Assembly (NCBI GenBank): GCA_047285535.1
Contig: JBJBDC010000001.1
Coordinates: 736,136-800,135 of the forward strand
Direction: 5' to 3'
DNA: 64,000 nucleotides
Source: Synechococcus sp.
Lineage (GTDB): Bacteria > Cyanobacteriota > Cyanobacteriia > PCC-6307 > Cyanobiaceae
Under the pieces are notes generated by a model. That model searched no databases. It had not been told where the DNA came from and saw only the letters and a program-made list of their open reading frames with translations. This document shows positions 19,721 to 30,000 of the stretch, piece after piece. A program made the translations under genes and the position numbers. Position 1 is the stretch's first letter. Each line of letters begins with the position of its first letter.

Positions 19721-22687
19721 TTAGTAGTACTTCTCGATATAGCTATACGCTTTCGCGAATAGTGCTTTGTCACTGTGGAGTTTGTAGTGAAATAGTGTTT
19801 TTCGAAGTGCTTTTCTGACTTCTCGCTCACCTGCATGGGTGGCTTGCCAGCCTTCAAATCGAACTTCTTTTACGATTCTGTCGATATCATTCACAATTTT
19901 TTCGACAATGATTGGAGTATGTTCGTTTTTGGCTTCTTCAAAAAGTTCGGTTAATGCAGCTTTGGCTTCGTCTGCAGTGTTGATTTTTGGAGTTGAGTTC
20001 TCCATTGCGACAAGGTCTTTCGCGAGGTCCAGTAGTTCTTTCAAAAAGGCAACGCTGATGAGCAATCCTTGTTGATGGCGGTTTCGTAGGTCTTCTAAAC
20101 GCTCGCCAAGAGCCTTGAAACGAGGATCGGAAAGATGATTGCGCAGCCGCCGAGCAATTTTAATTTCAACTTTTCTTCCTTCACCATCCGGGTCTGGTGA
20201 CCCCATGATTGCTTCAAGTAAATCGGCGTCGATGACAAGTGTGTCCAGATCATCGCGAATATTATTGACATTGACACCTGCATGAATAAGCTCGATTGTT
20301 TTAGAGCCAAGACGATGCCATAACAGGTTGCCAGTATTGTCGACTGGTTTAATCGATTCATAGACTTGAATCAACCAGCGATAATCGGATTGAAATTCTG
20401 AGAGAGTAGGGTCAGGTGATATGGCTTCCCATAAGCGCATTAAGTACGATGTGTCTGCTGCAAATTCATCTCTAATGCTGTTGCTTGGCAGACATTGCTG
20501 AGCAGCTTGCAATCCTTCGTATCCAGGAATACTCTTGTCGACGCCTTGAAAGTATGTAAGGCATTTTTGAATAGCTTCTGGAATCTTATTGATTAACTCT
20601 TCAATATTGGAAACAACCTTAGTGATTCCCTCTTCGTCAAACTGGAGGGCCTGTGCTACGTCATCAAAAACACCAAGATAATCAACGATTAATCCATGGC
20701 TTTTATTTTGGCCATATGGCCTGTTCGTGCGGCATATAGCCTGAAGGAGAGTGTGGTCTAGTAATGGCCGATCGAGATACATGGTTTGAAGGATCGGTGC
20801 ATCAAAACCAGTAAGGAGTTTTGATGTAACAATGATCAACTTCAGAGGGTCTGCTGGATCTCTGAATCGGTCAAGTAGCTTTTCTTCTGCATCGCGGTCG
20901 AGTTTGTATTCCATGTATTCAGCCTCTCCGCTATTAACGGACATCACGATCGCTGATGACTCTGCCGGCAGATGCCGATCAAGCTCTTTTTTATAGAGAA
21001 CGCAACTTTCTCGATCAAAGGTAACTACTTGGCCTGCAAAATTATTTGGTTGTACTTTTTCTTTGAAGTGCTTCGCAATGTCTTGGCAAACTGCTTCTAT
21101 CCTCTTGGGCGCTTTTAAAAGTACGGCCATCTTTGCTGCTGTCTTCGATAATTTATCGCGCTCTTCGTCGGTAAGATCTTTTGTTAATTCCTGATATTCT
21201 TCTGAGATTGAAATATTGTCAACGTGTAGTTCGAGCAATCGTGGTTCGAAATGAAGTTCTTTTGTTGCGCCATCTCGAATTGAGTCTTCAAAGCCATAGC
21301 GGCTCATATAGCCATACTCATCCTCGTCTGCACCAAAAGCATAAAATGTATTTTTATCTGACTTATTGATCGGTGTTCCTGTCAGCCCAAATAGAAATGC
21401 ATTAGGAAGCGCCTCTCTCATCCTTCTGCCTAGATCACCTTCTTGGGATCGGTGTGCCTCGTCTGCTAAGCAGATAATGTTTGAACGGCTATTCAATACG
21501 CCTTCGCTTTCGCCAAATTTATGAATCGTTGTGATGATGATTTTACGAGCATCCTTGTCTAATAGATTTTGAAGATCTTTGCGGCTTTCTGCTTTTACTA
21601 TGTTTGCGGCATTGTTTGCATAGAATGTACTGCTAATCTGGCTATCAAGGTCTACCCGATCGACAAGGATAATGAGTGTTGGGTTTTTGAGCGCTTGGTG
21701 AAGGCGAAGTTTTTGAGCGGCGAATAGCATTAATAGAGACTTCCCAGAGCCCTGGAAGTGCCAAATCAATCCCTTCTTGGGGTGCCCCTTGATGACTCGC
21801 TCAATCAGCTTATTGGTTCCTTCGTATTGCTGGTAGCGAGCGATAATTTTAATCCGTTGTTTGCCTTTATGAGTTGCGTAAGAGGTGAAATTCATCAGCA
21901 AGTCAAGTACTACATGTGGCTGTAGCATCGACCTGATTTGTCTACCTATCGCTTCAAGCGTTGGTAAGGAAGTTTCTTCTTCAATTCGCCAAGGGCCCCA
22001 GAATTCCACTGGCATGCGAATGGAGCCATAGCGAAGTTCTTTACCCTCTGTTGCGATTGAGAATGCATTCGGAACAAAGAGTTCGGGGATGTTCGGCTCG
22101 TATTGATCATGAATCTGTAGCGCACCGTCCAGCCAGCTTTCGCATGATCGGACCGGTGTCTTGGCTTCAATCAATACTAGAGGAATTCCATTAATCAGTA
22201 GGACAAGGTCAGCACGCTTTTCTTCTTTGCCTGCTCTAAACGTATATTGTTGAGTGACAACATATTGGTTCCTCTCGAGCTCATCAAAATCAATCAGCTT
22301 GATTGTGACGTGTTCACCATTCTCTCCGAAGGGCATTGACTTTTCACCAGTAAGCCATGAAGTAAATTCTTCATTGCTTTTGACTAGGCCATCACTGCGC
22401 ACTCCCATAATGATGGCTCTTAACCGATAAAGAATGTCTCCTGCTCGTTCAGGGTTGGAGGCGATCGAGGGGTTTAATCGAATAATCGCTTCGCGAAGAT
22501 GAGCCTCGATGAGTGCCTCCTGGGGCTGGCGAGGAAGGTCATGGTGGGAGAGGTAGTGCCAGCCGAGGCCGATAAGTTGTTCGTTATGGCGAGCGAGGCC
22601 TGGGGCGACAGTGGTGTTATCGGTGACTCCCCCGCAAAGCAAATCGCGGATGAATGCTTCGACGGTGTTGGCTTCGTTGAAGGTCAT
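19721..22687 (-). CDS. hsdR: type I restriction endonuclease subunit R
   Basis: 'RADLVLLINGIPLVLIEAK' nuclease motif, Walker A 'HFQGSGKS', 'DEAHR', 'TGTP', 'LLTGFDAP', 'QAICRTNR'. Confidence 0.95.
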   Translation of the reverse strand: MTFNEANTVEAFIRDLLCGGVTDNTTVAPGLARHNEQLIGLGWHYLSHHDLPRQPQEALIEAHLREAIIRLNPSIASNPERAGDILYRLRAIIMGVRSDGLVKSNEEFTSWLTGEKSMPFGENGEHVTIKLIDFDELERNQYVVTQQYTFRAGKEEKRADLVLLINGIPLVLIEAKTPVRSCESWLDGALQIHDQYEPNIPELFVPNAFSIATEGKELRYGSIRMPVEFWGPWRIEEETSLPTLEAIGRQIRSMLQPHVVLDLLMNFTSYATHKGKQRIKIIARYQQYEGTNKLIERVIKGHPKKGLIWHFQGSGKSLLMLFAAQKLRLHQALKNPTLIILVDRVDLDSQISSTFYANNAANIVKAESRKDLQNLLDKDARKIIITTIHKFGESEGVLNSRSNIICLADEAHRSQEGDLGRRMREALPNAFLFGLTGTPINKSDKNTFYAFGADEDEYGYMSRYGFEDSIRDGATKELHFEPRLLELHVDNISISEEYQELTKDLTDEERDKLSKTAAKMAVLLKAPKRIEAVCQDIAKHFKEKVQPNNFAGQVVTFDRESCVLYKKELDRHLPAESSAIVMSVNSGEAEYMEYKLDRDAEEKLLDRFRDPADPLKLIIVTSKLLTGFDAPILQTMYLDRPLLDHTLLQAICRTNRPYGQNKSHGLIVDYLGVFDDVAQALQFDEEGITKVVSNIEELINKIPEAIQKCLTYFQGVDKSIPGYEGLQAAQQCLPSNSIRDEFAADTSYLMRLWEAISPDPTLSEFQSDYRWLIQVYESIKPVDNTGNLLWHRLGSKTIELIHAGVNVNNIRDDLDTLVIDADLLEAIMGSPDPDGEGRKVEIKIARRLRNHLSDPRFKALGERLEDLRNRHQQGLLISVAFLKELLDLAKDLVAMENSTPKINTADEAKAALTELFEEAKNEHTPIIVEKIVNDIDRIVKEVRFEGWQATHAGEREVRKALRKTLFHYKLHSDKALFAKAYSYIEKYY

Positions 22688-23856
22688 TTCTTGAGAGCCT
22701 CCACCAATAGAAGTTGCGCCAAATGCTCCACTTGGTTAGCACGAGAGTTCAGTTGAACAACTTCGCGACTGAGTTCTGCGATACGTTCGCAAAATATTGT
22801 CCATGCTGAGCCGAGTTTTGGGATAGGCCCAGCGAGGAAGTTTGCCTGAGAAATGTTCTTAGCATCAGTGCCGTTGAGATTGTTCCGGATGTGTTTGCGG
22901 AATACGCGAGCTTTCGTCCAGGCAAGCACAGCGTGAGGCTCATATGCATGGTCATCGTGAAACCTCAGCCGCCATGTCTTGTCCGAGAGCATTAGGTTGC
23001 TGCGAGTATTCTTTACGATGCATGTTCTGCCTACCGAGGCCGGGGCGGCATTGGCACGTGTTACTAGGAAATCCCCAGTCTTGACTTCGAGATCAGCAAT
23101 GAATGCATCGTTGGCAATCGCCTTGTTTTCATTCTGGTTGTAATCCCAGTCTCCAACCGCGCTCACTTTAAGCACCCCTTTTTCGTCTTCCGCTGCTTCG
23201 TGGCCTGGGCTCGGAGGGCTCTTGCCAGCTTGGAGTCCGCTGGTGACCTCGCCGAGTGTCGTCATTTGACGGTCGAGGATCTGCGCTTCGAATGCGAATA
23301 TCAATGCCAGCCGAGTTTTAGCCGCTGAATCTGCGAGGCTGCGGTAGGTTTCGCATGACGCCTTTGCCGCCTGCAGCACCTCCGCAATTCGCCGCTGTTC
23401 CTCCATTAGTGGCAGGGCTAACTCATACTTTTCGAGCGCCTTCCAGTTCACACGAGGCGAAAGCCCGCCCTGCGACATTCTGATCACGTAGTCATAGAAG
23501 GGTTCGCTCTGGCAGATAAATGGCAGGAGCTCTGGTAGCAGTTGTTCACCCTTGGGTTCCAGAACATAGATGTCTCCTGAGCAGACTCCGCTGAAATCCG
23601 CAACAGCCACCTTTCGCTGATATGCGCGTCTTTTCCCGAACAACACCTGCCCGGGGCGAAAGACATTCGTAAACGTTACTCCTTCTGCGATATCACCCCA
23701 GCTTCGAACCTTGAGATCACTCGGTTCCAGGTGTTCAAGCCCGATGTATCGCTCGAACCCATCTGCTTCCGGGTCCTTCGAACGCTCCTTGCAGAGTTGC
23801 ACGACATCGCCAAAGGCAACCTTTGTCCCAGTGGTGAGTTTGGTGATGTCAGGCAT
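22684..23856 (-). CDS. hsdS: type I R-M specificity subunit S
   Basis: Two TRDs separated by 'LPLMEEQRRIAEVL'; lies between hsdM and hsdR; ATG at 23856 overlaps the hsdM stop. Confidence 0.92.
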   Translation of the reverse strand: MPDITKLTTGTKVAFGDVVQLCKERSKDPEADGFERYIGLEHLEPSDLKVRSWGDIAEGVTFTNVFRPGQVLFGKRRAYQRKVAVADFSGVCSGDIYVLEPKGEQLLPELLPFICQSEPFYDYVIRMSQGGLSPRVNWKALEKYELALPLMEEQRRIAEVLQAAKASCETYRSLADSAAKTRLALIFAFEAQILDRQMTTLGEVTSGLQAGKSPPSPGHEAAEDEKGVLKVSAVGDWDYNQNENKAIANDAFIADLEVKTGDFLVTRANAAPASVGRTCIVKNTRSNLMLSDKTWRLRFHDDHAYEPHAVLAWTKARVFRKHIRNNLNGTDAKNISQANFLAGPIPKLGSAWTIFCERIAELSREVVQLNSRANQVEHLAQLLLVEALKK

Positions 23857-25357
23857 GACCCGCCTCCTCTGCTGCAAGGCCATCGAGCATTTCTACGAGT
23901 GAGTCCATTCCCGACCAGAAAACCTGCTCGCTGTCTTCAAATGAGGTCCACGCGACGGAAAGGTTCCTGGAGTCACCAATACCCACTGCTTTCTTTACTT
24001 TCTCGACATACCGAGGAACGGAGAGGTTGCCACTTTGGGCGAGTGTGTCTTTGTTTGCCACGACCGCGGCGAAGCCAGGTTGATTGTTGAAGTTCTGATA
24101 TGCGTCGAGGATCCTCGCCTGGTGCTCCGGCTTGAGAAAACTTTGAGATCGCTCTCTGGCAACTTCGTTTACGGCATCAATAAAGAGGATCTTGCCCTTG
24201 CGATTTGATGGCTTCGCGGAGCGACAGATTAGGACGAAGGCCTCCATCGGAGAGTTGTAAAAAAGGTTGGGTCCTAGACCCAATACGCACTCAAGAAGGT
24301 CCATCTCGATGAGTTTTCGCCTCATCTCTGCTTCCTCGTTACGGCCGAGTACGCCCTGCGGAAACAGGATCGCGCATCGGCCTGTCTTCGGATCCATGCT
24401 CTTGAGGATGTGCTGGAAGAACGCGTAGTCGGCACGACTCTGTGGTGGGGTACCGAGAAAGTTCCGTTCCCATTGATCGCTTTGCCAAGCACTCCGCTTC
24501 CACTTCTTGATCGAGTACGGAGGGTTGGCGAGCACCACATCGAAGGTCTTCAATCGGTCTCTTTCGATTAAGGCTGGCTCGTGAAGCGTATTTCCGCTGC
24601 GGATGTCGAAGTCGGCTACGCCGTGCAAGACGAGATTCATGCGGGCGATAGCCGCGGTGATGTTGATTAGTTCCTGTCCATAGAGGCCGATGGTCCGGGC
24701 ATCTCCGCCGTTGCGCTTCACCTCGGCCAAGCATGAGATCAACATGCCGCCAGTGCCGCATGTTGGGTCGTAGATGGTCTCGCCTGACTTGGGTTCCAGC
24801 ATCTGCGCCATCAAGTGCACAAGTGTGCGGTTGGTAAAGAACTCCTGTGCGGTGTGGCCCGAGTCGTCGGCGAACTGCTTGATTAGGTACTCATAGCCGT
24901 TCCCAAGTTCGTCTTCGGGAACGTTGGCGAGGCTCAAGGTGTGCGTGGAGAAGTGCTCAATCAGGTTTTTGAGCGTCTCATCCGGCATTTGAGCTTTATC
25001 AGTCCAGGCTGCACTTCCGAAGACACCTTTGAGACGCTCCGGATTTGCCGCTTCGATGGCTTGGTAGGCGTTGAGGAGTGCTCGGCCCACATCAGCGGAG
25101 GTGATACGGACATCGTTCCAGTGCGCACCCTCGGGAATGGTGAAACGGTCATTGGCGGTTGCCATGGCGTAGCCCTCGTCCTTGGTATCTGCAAAGGCTT
25201 CGTTGTAATCCCCGTCCCAGACATCCGAGAGCCGCTTGAAAAAGAGCAGCGGGAAGATGTACTGCTTGTAGTCGCTGGCATCGATCAGCCCACGTAGCAG
25301 GGTGGCAGCCCCCCAAAGGTAAGACTCGAGTTGTAGCTGAGTGAGCTTTTCAGTCAT
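23849..25357 (-). CDS. hsdM: type I R-M methyltransferase subunit M2 (NPPY; predicted m4C)
   Basis: 'LESYLWGAATLLRG', 'YDPTCGTGGML', motif IV 'ANPPY'. Confidence 0.92.
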   Translation of the reverse strand: MTEKLTQLQLESYLWGAATLLRGLIDASDYKQYIFPLLFFKRLSDVWDGDYNEAFADTKDEGYAMATANDRFTIPEGAHWNDVRITSADVGRALLNAYQAIEAANPERLKGVFGSAAWTDKAQMPDETLKNLIEHFSTHTLSLANVPEDELGNGYEYLIKQFADDSGHTAQEFFTNRTLVHLMAQMLEPKSGETIYDPTCGTGGMLISCLAEVKRNGGDARTIGLYGQELINITAAIARMNLVLHGVADFDIRSGNTLHEPALIERDRLKTFDVVLANPPYSIKKWKRSAWQSDQWERNFLGTPPQSRADYAFFQHILKSMDPKTGRCAILFPQGVLGRNEEAEMRRKLIEMDLLECVLGLGPNLFYNSPMEAFVLICRSAKPSNRKGKILFIDAVNEVARERSQSFLKPEHQARILDAYQNFNNQPGFAAVVANKDTLAQSGNLSVPRYVEKVKKAVGIGDSRNLSVAWTSFEDSEQVFWSGMDSLVEMLDGLAAEEAGHA

Positions 25358-27086
25358 TGATCCAACCTCCTTCGATCAACACAGTTCGCAGGTGGTCTTC
25401 AGCTGCGCGTGCTTCGGTGAGTGCTTTTTTGAAAGCGGAGACCGCCTGGGGCAGGGGTGGAATGTCTTCGTCGATGGGCGGCAGTACGTAGCGGGAGATG
25501 TTGAGCGTCCACCCTTCGTCTTTGATCTCAGGGAGGCTGACGACCTTGGCTCGATATTCGATATCTTCAAAAGCTTGGAACCACTCGACGATTTGTTCCC
25601 CGTGTTCTGAATCGAGAAAGTTCTGCGCGCGGCCTTTTCGGAAAAGGTGCTGTGCATCGATGATGAGCACCTTGTTCTTTCGCTCGGCGGGCTTGTTGCG
25701 TCGAAGGACAACCACGCAGCCGGCGAGTTGGGTGCCGTAGAAGAGGTTTGGAGCTAGGCCGATCACTGCTTCGATTAAGTCTTCTTTGAGCAAGCCTTCG
25801 CGGATCTTGCCTTCGGCACTCTTTCGGAACAGAGCACCCTGTGGCAGCACTACGGCCATTCGGCTTGAATCTGCATCGGCCATTGACGCAATCATGTGCT
25901 GGACGAAGGCGTAGTCGCCGTAGCTATTGGGCGGCAGGCCGTATTTCTTACGCCCCCAGGGATCGTTTTCCCAAATCTCTTGCCCCCAGTCTTCAAGTGA
26001 AAAAGGTGGATTGGCAATCACGCAGTCAAACTTTGCTAGCCCTCCGGATTCTTCAGTGAATGCAGGCTGGCGCAGGGTATCTTCACGGACAATCTTGAAA
26101 TCCTCGATGCCGTGAAGGACGAGGTTCATGCGCGCGACTGAAGAGGTCGTGAGATTTTTCTCCTGGCCGTAGATCTTGCCGAAGAACGTGCGTGGGTCTC
26201 CTCCTTTTTCTTTCACGTGATCGATCGCAGCGAGCAACATTCCACCGGTTCCGCAGGCGGGGTCATAGATCGATTCACCCTCTTTTGGGTCAAGGATTTT
26301 GACCATCATCTGCACAACGCTTCTCGGTGTGTAGAATTCGCCGGCTTTGTTTCTGCGAGTCACATCAGCAAATTTCCCGACTAAGTATTCGTAAGCATCA
26401 CCAAGAACGTCAGTGGAAACAGCTTGGTTTCCCAACTTAATAGCGGAAAATCCTTCAATCAGATCCTTGATAAGTTCGTCTGGAAACTTCTCCTTGTTTC
26501 CCCAATCTCCCGAGCCAAAAACACGATTCAAGGTCTCTGGATTACTCAGTTCTATTGTTTGCATAGCATTTTTTAGAGTTGCTCCAACGTCCTTTGCGGC
26601 TGTTCTCACATCATCCCAGTGGCAATCCTCGGGTATTTGAAAACGATGCTCGTCTTTAAAGTCTTCTCCATATCCTTCAAGCATTCTCGAGTATTCTTCA
26701 TCCCACACATCGCAGATGCGTTTGTAGAATAGAATCGGCAAAATATATCCCTTCCAGTCAGTGCGATCGACGGCAGAACCTCTGAGGATATTGGCTGCTT
26801 CCCAAAGTGCTGATTTCAAATTTGACTCTTTTGCGAGGTTGTTATCCCTGTTGCTTGCAGGTTTCTTATCGTTAGTTACTGCACTAAGGCCACCATCGGG
26901 TCCACTTGCATTTTTTGCTGCCCCAAGTGCAACAGCCATGTTCTTTGCTTCGTGGAATTCTTCGTCGGAAATCTCATCGTTTAATTCATGGCTAAGTGCT
27001 GCCCTTAGATCTGCATTGCTAATCCGGCTGCCATCCTCGGGAATTAGTGCAATCAGAGTGTCGGTGAGTTCGGTTAGTGATGCCAT
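25350..27086 (-). CDS. hsdM: type I R-M methyltransferase subunit M1 (NPPF; predicted m6A) with about 85-aa N-terminal extension
   Basis: 'LKSALWEAANILRG', 'AGEFYTPRSVV', 'YDPACGTGGML', motif IV 'ANPPF'. Confidence 0.92.
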   Translation of the reverse strand: MASLTELTDTLIALIPEDGSRISNADLRAALSHELNDEISDEEFHEAKNMAVALGAAKNASGPDGGLSAVTNDKKPASNRDNNLAKESNLKSALWEAANILRGSAVDRTDWKGYILPILFYKRICDVWDEEYSRMLEGYGEDFKDEHRFQIPEDCHWDDVRTAAKDVGATLKNAMQTIELSNPETLNRVFGSGDWGNKEKFPDELIKDLIEGFSAIKLGNQAVSTDVLGDAYEYLVGKFADVTRRNKAGEFYTPRSVVQMMVKILDPKEGESIYDPACGTGGMLLAAIDHVKEKGGDPRTFFGKIYGQEKNLTTSSVARMNLVLHGIEDFKIVREDTLRQPAFTEESGGLAKFDCVIANPPFSLEDWGQEIWENDPWGRKKYGLPPNSYGDYAFVQHMIASMADADSSRMAVVLPQGALFRKSAEGKIREGLLKEDLIEAVIGLAPNLFYGTQLAGCVVVLRRNKPAERKNKVLIIDAQHLFRKGRAQNFLDSEHGEQIVEWFQAFEDIEYRAKVVSLPEIKDEGWTLNISRYVLPPIDEDIPPLPQAVSAFKKALTEARAAEDHLRTVLIEGGWIND

Positions 27087-27091
27087 TTGGA

Positions 27092-30000
27092 TTATTTAGT
27101 CTTTTGTTTGGGCAACAGTTCGCACAACCGATTGATTTGCTCGGCCTCTGCCACCGTGTTGGCAACACCGCTGGCCAGGCCGGGTGATCCCACCACGATC
27201 GAGAGGCATTGCGCCCGGCTGATCGCCACGTTCAAGCGGTTGGGTTCCAGCAGAAAGCTCAGACCCCGTGGTGCTTCATCACCACTGCTCGCGGTGAGCG
27301 AATGAATGGCAACCGGGGCCTCCTGGCCTTGGAATTTGTCCACCGTGCCCACCCGGGCTTTGCCGTGCAGCCGTTGCTGCAGCCGGTTCACCTGCACGTT
27401 GTAGGGCGCTGTCACCAGGATGGTGTTGGCATCAAGCACGCCTTCTTCTGTGCCGTTGCCGCGGGCGATGGCGTAACGGCTGCCCAGCAGTGCATCCACC
27501 AACTGCTCGATGCGACCAATCTCCTCTGGGGCATGCACGCTCCTGCCGCTGTGCTCCACCGCTTCAAACACCAGGCCTTGCACTGGGTATAGCGATCCAT
27601 CACTGCTTTGGCAGGGCTTGCTCCAAGTGATGCAGTTTGCGCAATTGCCTTGGTGGGCTTGCAGGCGGCTCTCGTAGAACAGCTCGCTCACCATCGCCGT
27701 GAGGCTCGGCTCCATCCGCCAGCTGGTGGGCAGGAACACGCCGCGATCGTCCGGCACCACGGCCTCCCCTTGCATCCAGAACTCCAGGCAGCTCTGGCCG
27801 GAGTCGCCCGGGTGATCGGCCTGGGACGGCTGCGCCAGTTGCTGTTGATCGCCCACCAGCAGGATCGAGCGGGCGCAGCGCGCCATCACCAGCAGATTGG
27901 CGAGCGACATCTGCCCGGCTTCATCCACCACCAGCCAATCGAATTGATCGGCGAGCTCTTCCTTGCAGAACATCCAGGTGGTGCCGCCCACCACCGCTGA
28001 GCTGGCATCCAGCTGGCCGGGTTTCAGCACAACAATGCCGGCCTCGGCCATCGCCTCTTCTTTGGAGTTGCTGCACTTCACCACCTGGCCGATCACCCCG
28101 GCGTCAGCGCAGGTGCTCTTGGCTTTCTTCAGCAGGTTGTTGATGGCGGCGTGGCTGTTGGAGCTGATCGCAATGCGTTGGCCCTGCTTGGCCAGCTGGG
28201 CAATCACCTGGCCGGTGACAGTGGATTTGCCCGTGCCCGGCGGCCCCTGCAAGGCCAGGGTGATGCCGCTGTTGCTGGCGAGAAAGTCCGTTAGCAGTGC
28301 ACTCACCCGGTTGGGATCACCCTTGAGTTCGCGGTTCAGTGCTTTGAGCGCGGGCAGTGGTTGGCGTTCCAGCAGTTGCTGGATCGCAGCCGGGAGCTTT
28401 TGGTTGCGATCGACCCAACCTTCAGCCTGCTCTTCCAGGCTTGCTCTGATCGATTTGCTGATGTCTGCCGGCACCTTGATCAGGCTGGTGGCGCCTTTGG
28501 GGATGCCTTCGCCGTCGCCATTGGCGATGCATTGATCGCGTTTGCTCCAGGGCAGCTTCAGGCTCACCTGCCCCTGCTCGGCATCAAGGGCATCCACATC
28601 CAGCTTCAGGCCTGTTTCGGACAGCTCCAGCTGCAGGCGCTTGTCGCCATCGCCGCCGTGCAGCTTCAGCGGTTGGCTGGGATCAAAGCGGAAGTGGTGG
28701 ATGTCGGCACCGGTGCGGGCGCTGGGGCGTTCCTCCATCCCCGTCCACTCAGCAGCGGCAATGGCTTCGCCGTCATCGATCAGTTCATCGGGGCTGAGCT
28801 GCGCTTTGTTACTGCGATCGAAGTAGGCCCACCAGCCCACCTTGGCTTCGCGGTGATGGAAGGGCAGCAACTGGGCCAGCAGTTGTTGGGCTCTCCAGCT
28901 CAAGCCCCTCGGGCCGTTCGCTTCGGGGTCCGTGAGTGGGTCGGGGAGTTCATCGAGCAGCCGTTGGCTGAGCCGTTCCAGTGGGTAGGGCTCCCGTGTT
29001 TCCTGTTCTTCGTCTGTGGTGAGCTTCAGCGGTTGCTCAGGCAGGCCTTGTTCACGCCTGAGCTTCAGAAGCCAGTCGTGCAGGAACACGGTGCTCTCGC
29101 AGTCTTCGTGGTTGTAGTCCTCAATCGCCTGCAGCTTTGGACTGGCCTGGGGCGCATCGCCTGGAATGGCGGGTTCACCGGAGGTTTGCCAGTGCAGGTA
29201 AGCCACCACGGAATCACCGGCGTTGGTCACCCCCGCCTGGCGGGCCTCCATATAAAGGTGCTCCACCTTCTTGATCGAATAGCTGGGTTCGCCCAGCACG
29301 ATTGAGCTGGTGACGATTGGCAACAGGTCCACCAATAGTTCGCTGCGCAGCCAGGAATCGATCTCGGCTTCACGGGTGGCGTGCTGTTGCGCCAGGTGCC
29401 GCATCGCCGTTTTCTCGTAGGCGGCGTAGTGGTAGATCCGCAGGCCCGGGAACTTGACCCGTCGTTCCTCCACCCAATCCACCCACGCCTCGAAGGCGCG
29501 TTTTTCCTCCGCTTCGCTGTGGGCCCAGAACGCCTTGAACAACGGCTTTCCCTCTGGGGTGTTTCGGTAACAGGCGCCAAACAGGTATTCGAGCTTGTTG
29601 CCGCTCACTGGGTCATGGATGCCTTCCATGTCGAACCAGATATCGCCGGCATCAGCAGCCGGCAGCGCTGCCAGGCCTTTGCCAGTTTCAATCGGCCTGA
29701 GGCGATAGGCCGGCCGGCCATCAGCATCCAGGGGCTGCAACTGCATTGCGGCCTGTTGGCGCAGCTCATGCAGGGCCTCTCCATTCAGCCCGGGGATAGC
29801 TGTGCCGTCAGGAACAGCAGCGAGCTCTTCAATCATGCTGATGCCGGCAGCGCGCAGTTTCTTGCGTTGGCTCTGGCGCATGCCCGCCACCAGCATCAGA
29901 TCGCGTGCCTCCTCGAGCCGTTGCTCGATGAACGTCGACCAGCCGCCGTGATCCCCCGGTGCATCCTCGGGAATCACCGCTGGATCGAAGCCCTCGCGGA

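Noticed and set aside
28361..29305. 314-aa plus-strand ORF and similar long ORFs opposite TM0106 and the Rad50-like gene
   Set aside because: Antisense shadows typical of GC-rich genes; no motifs
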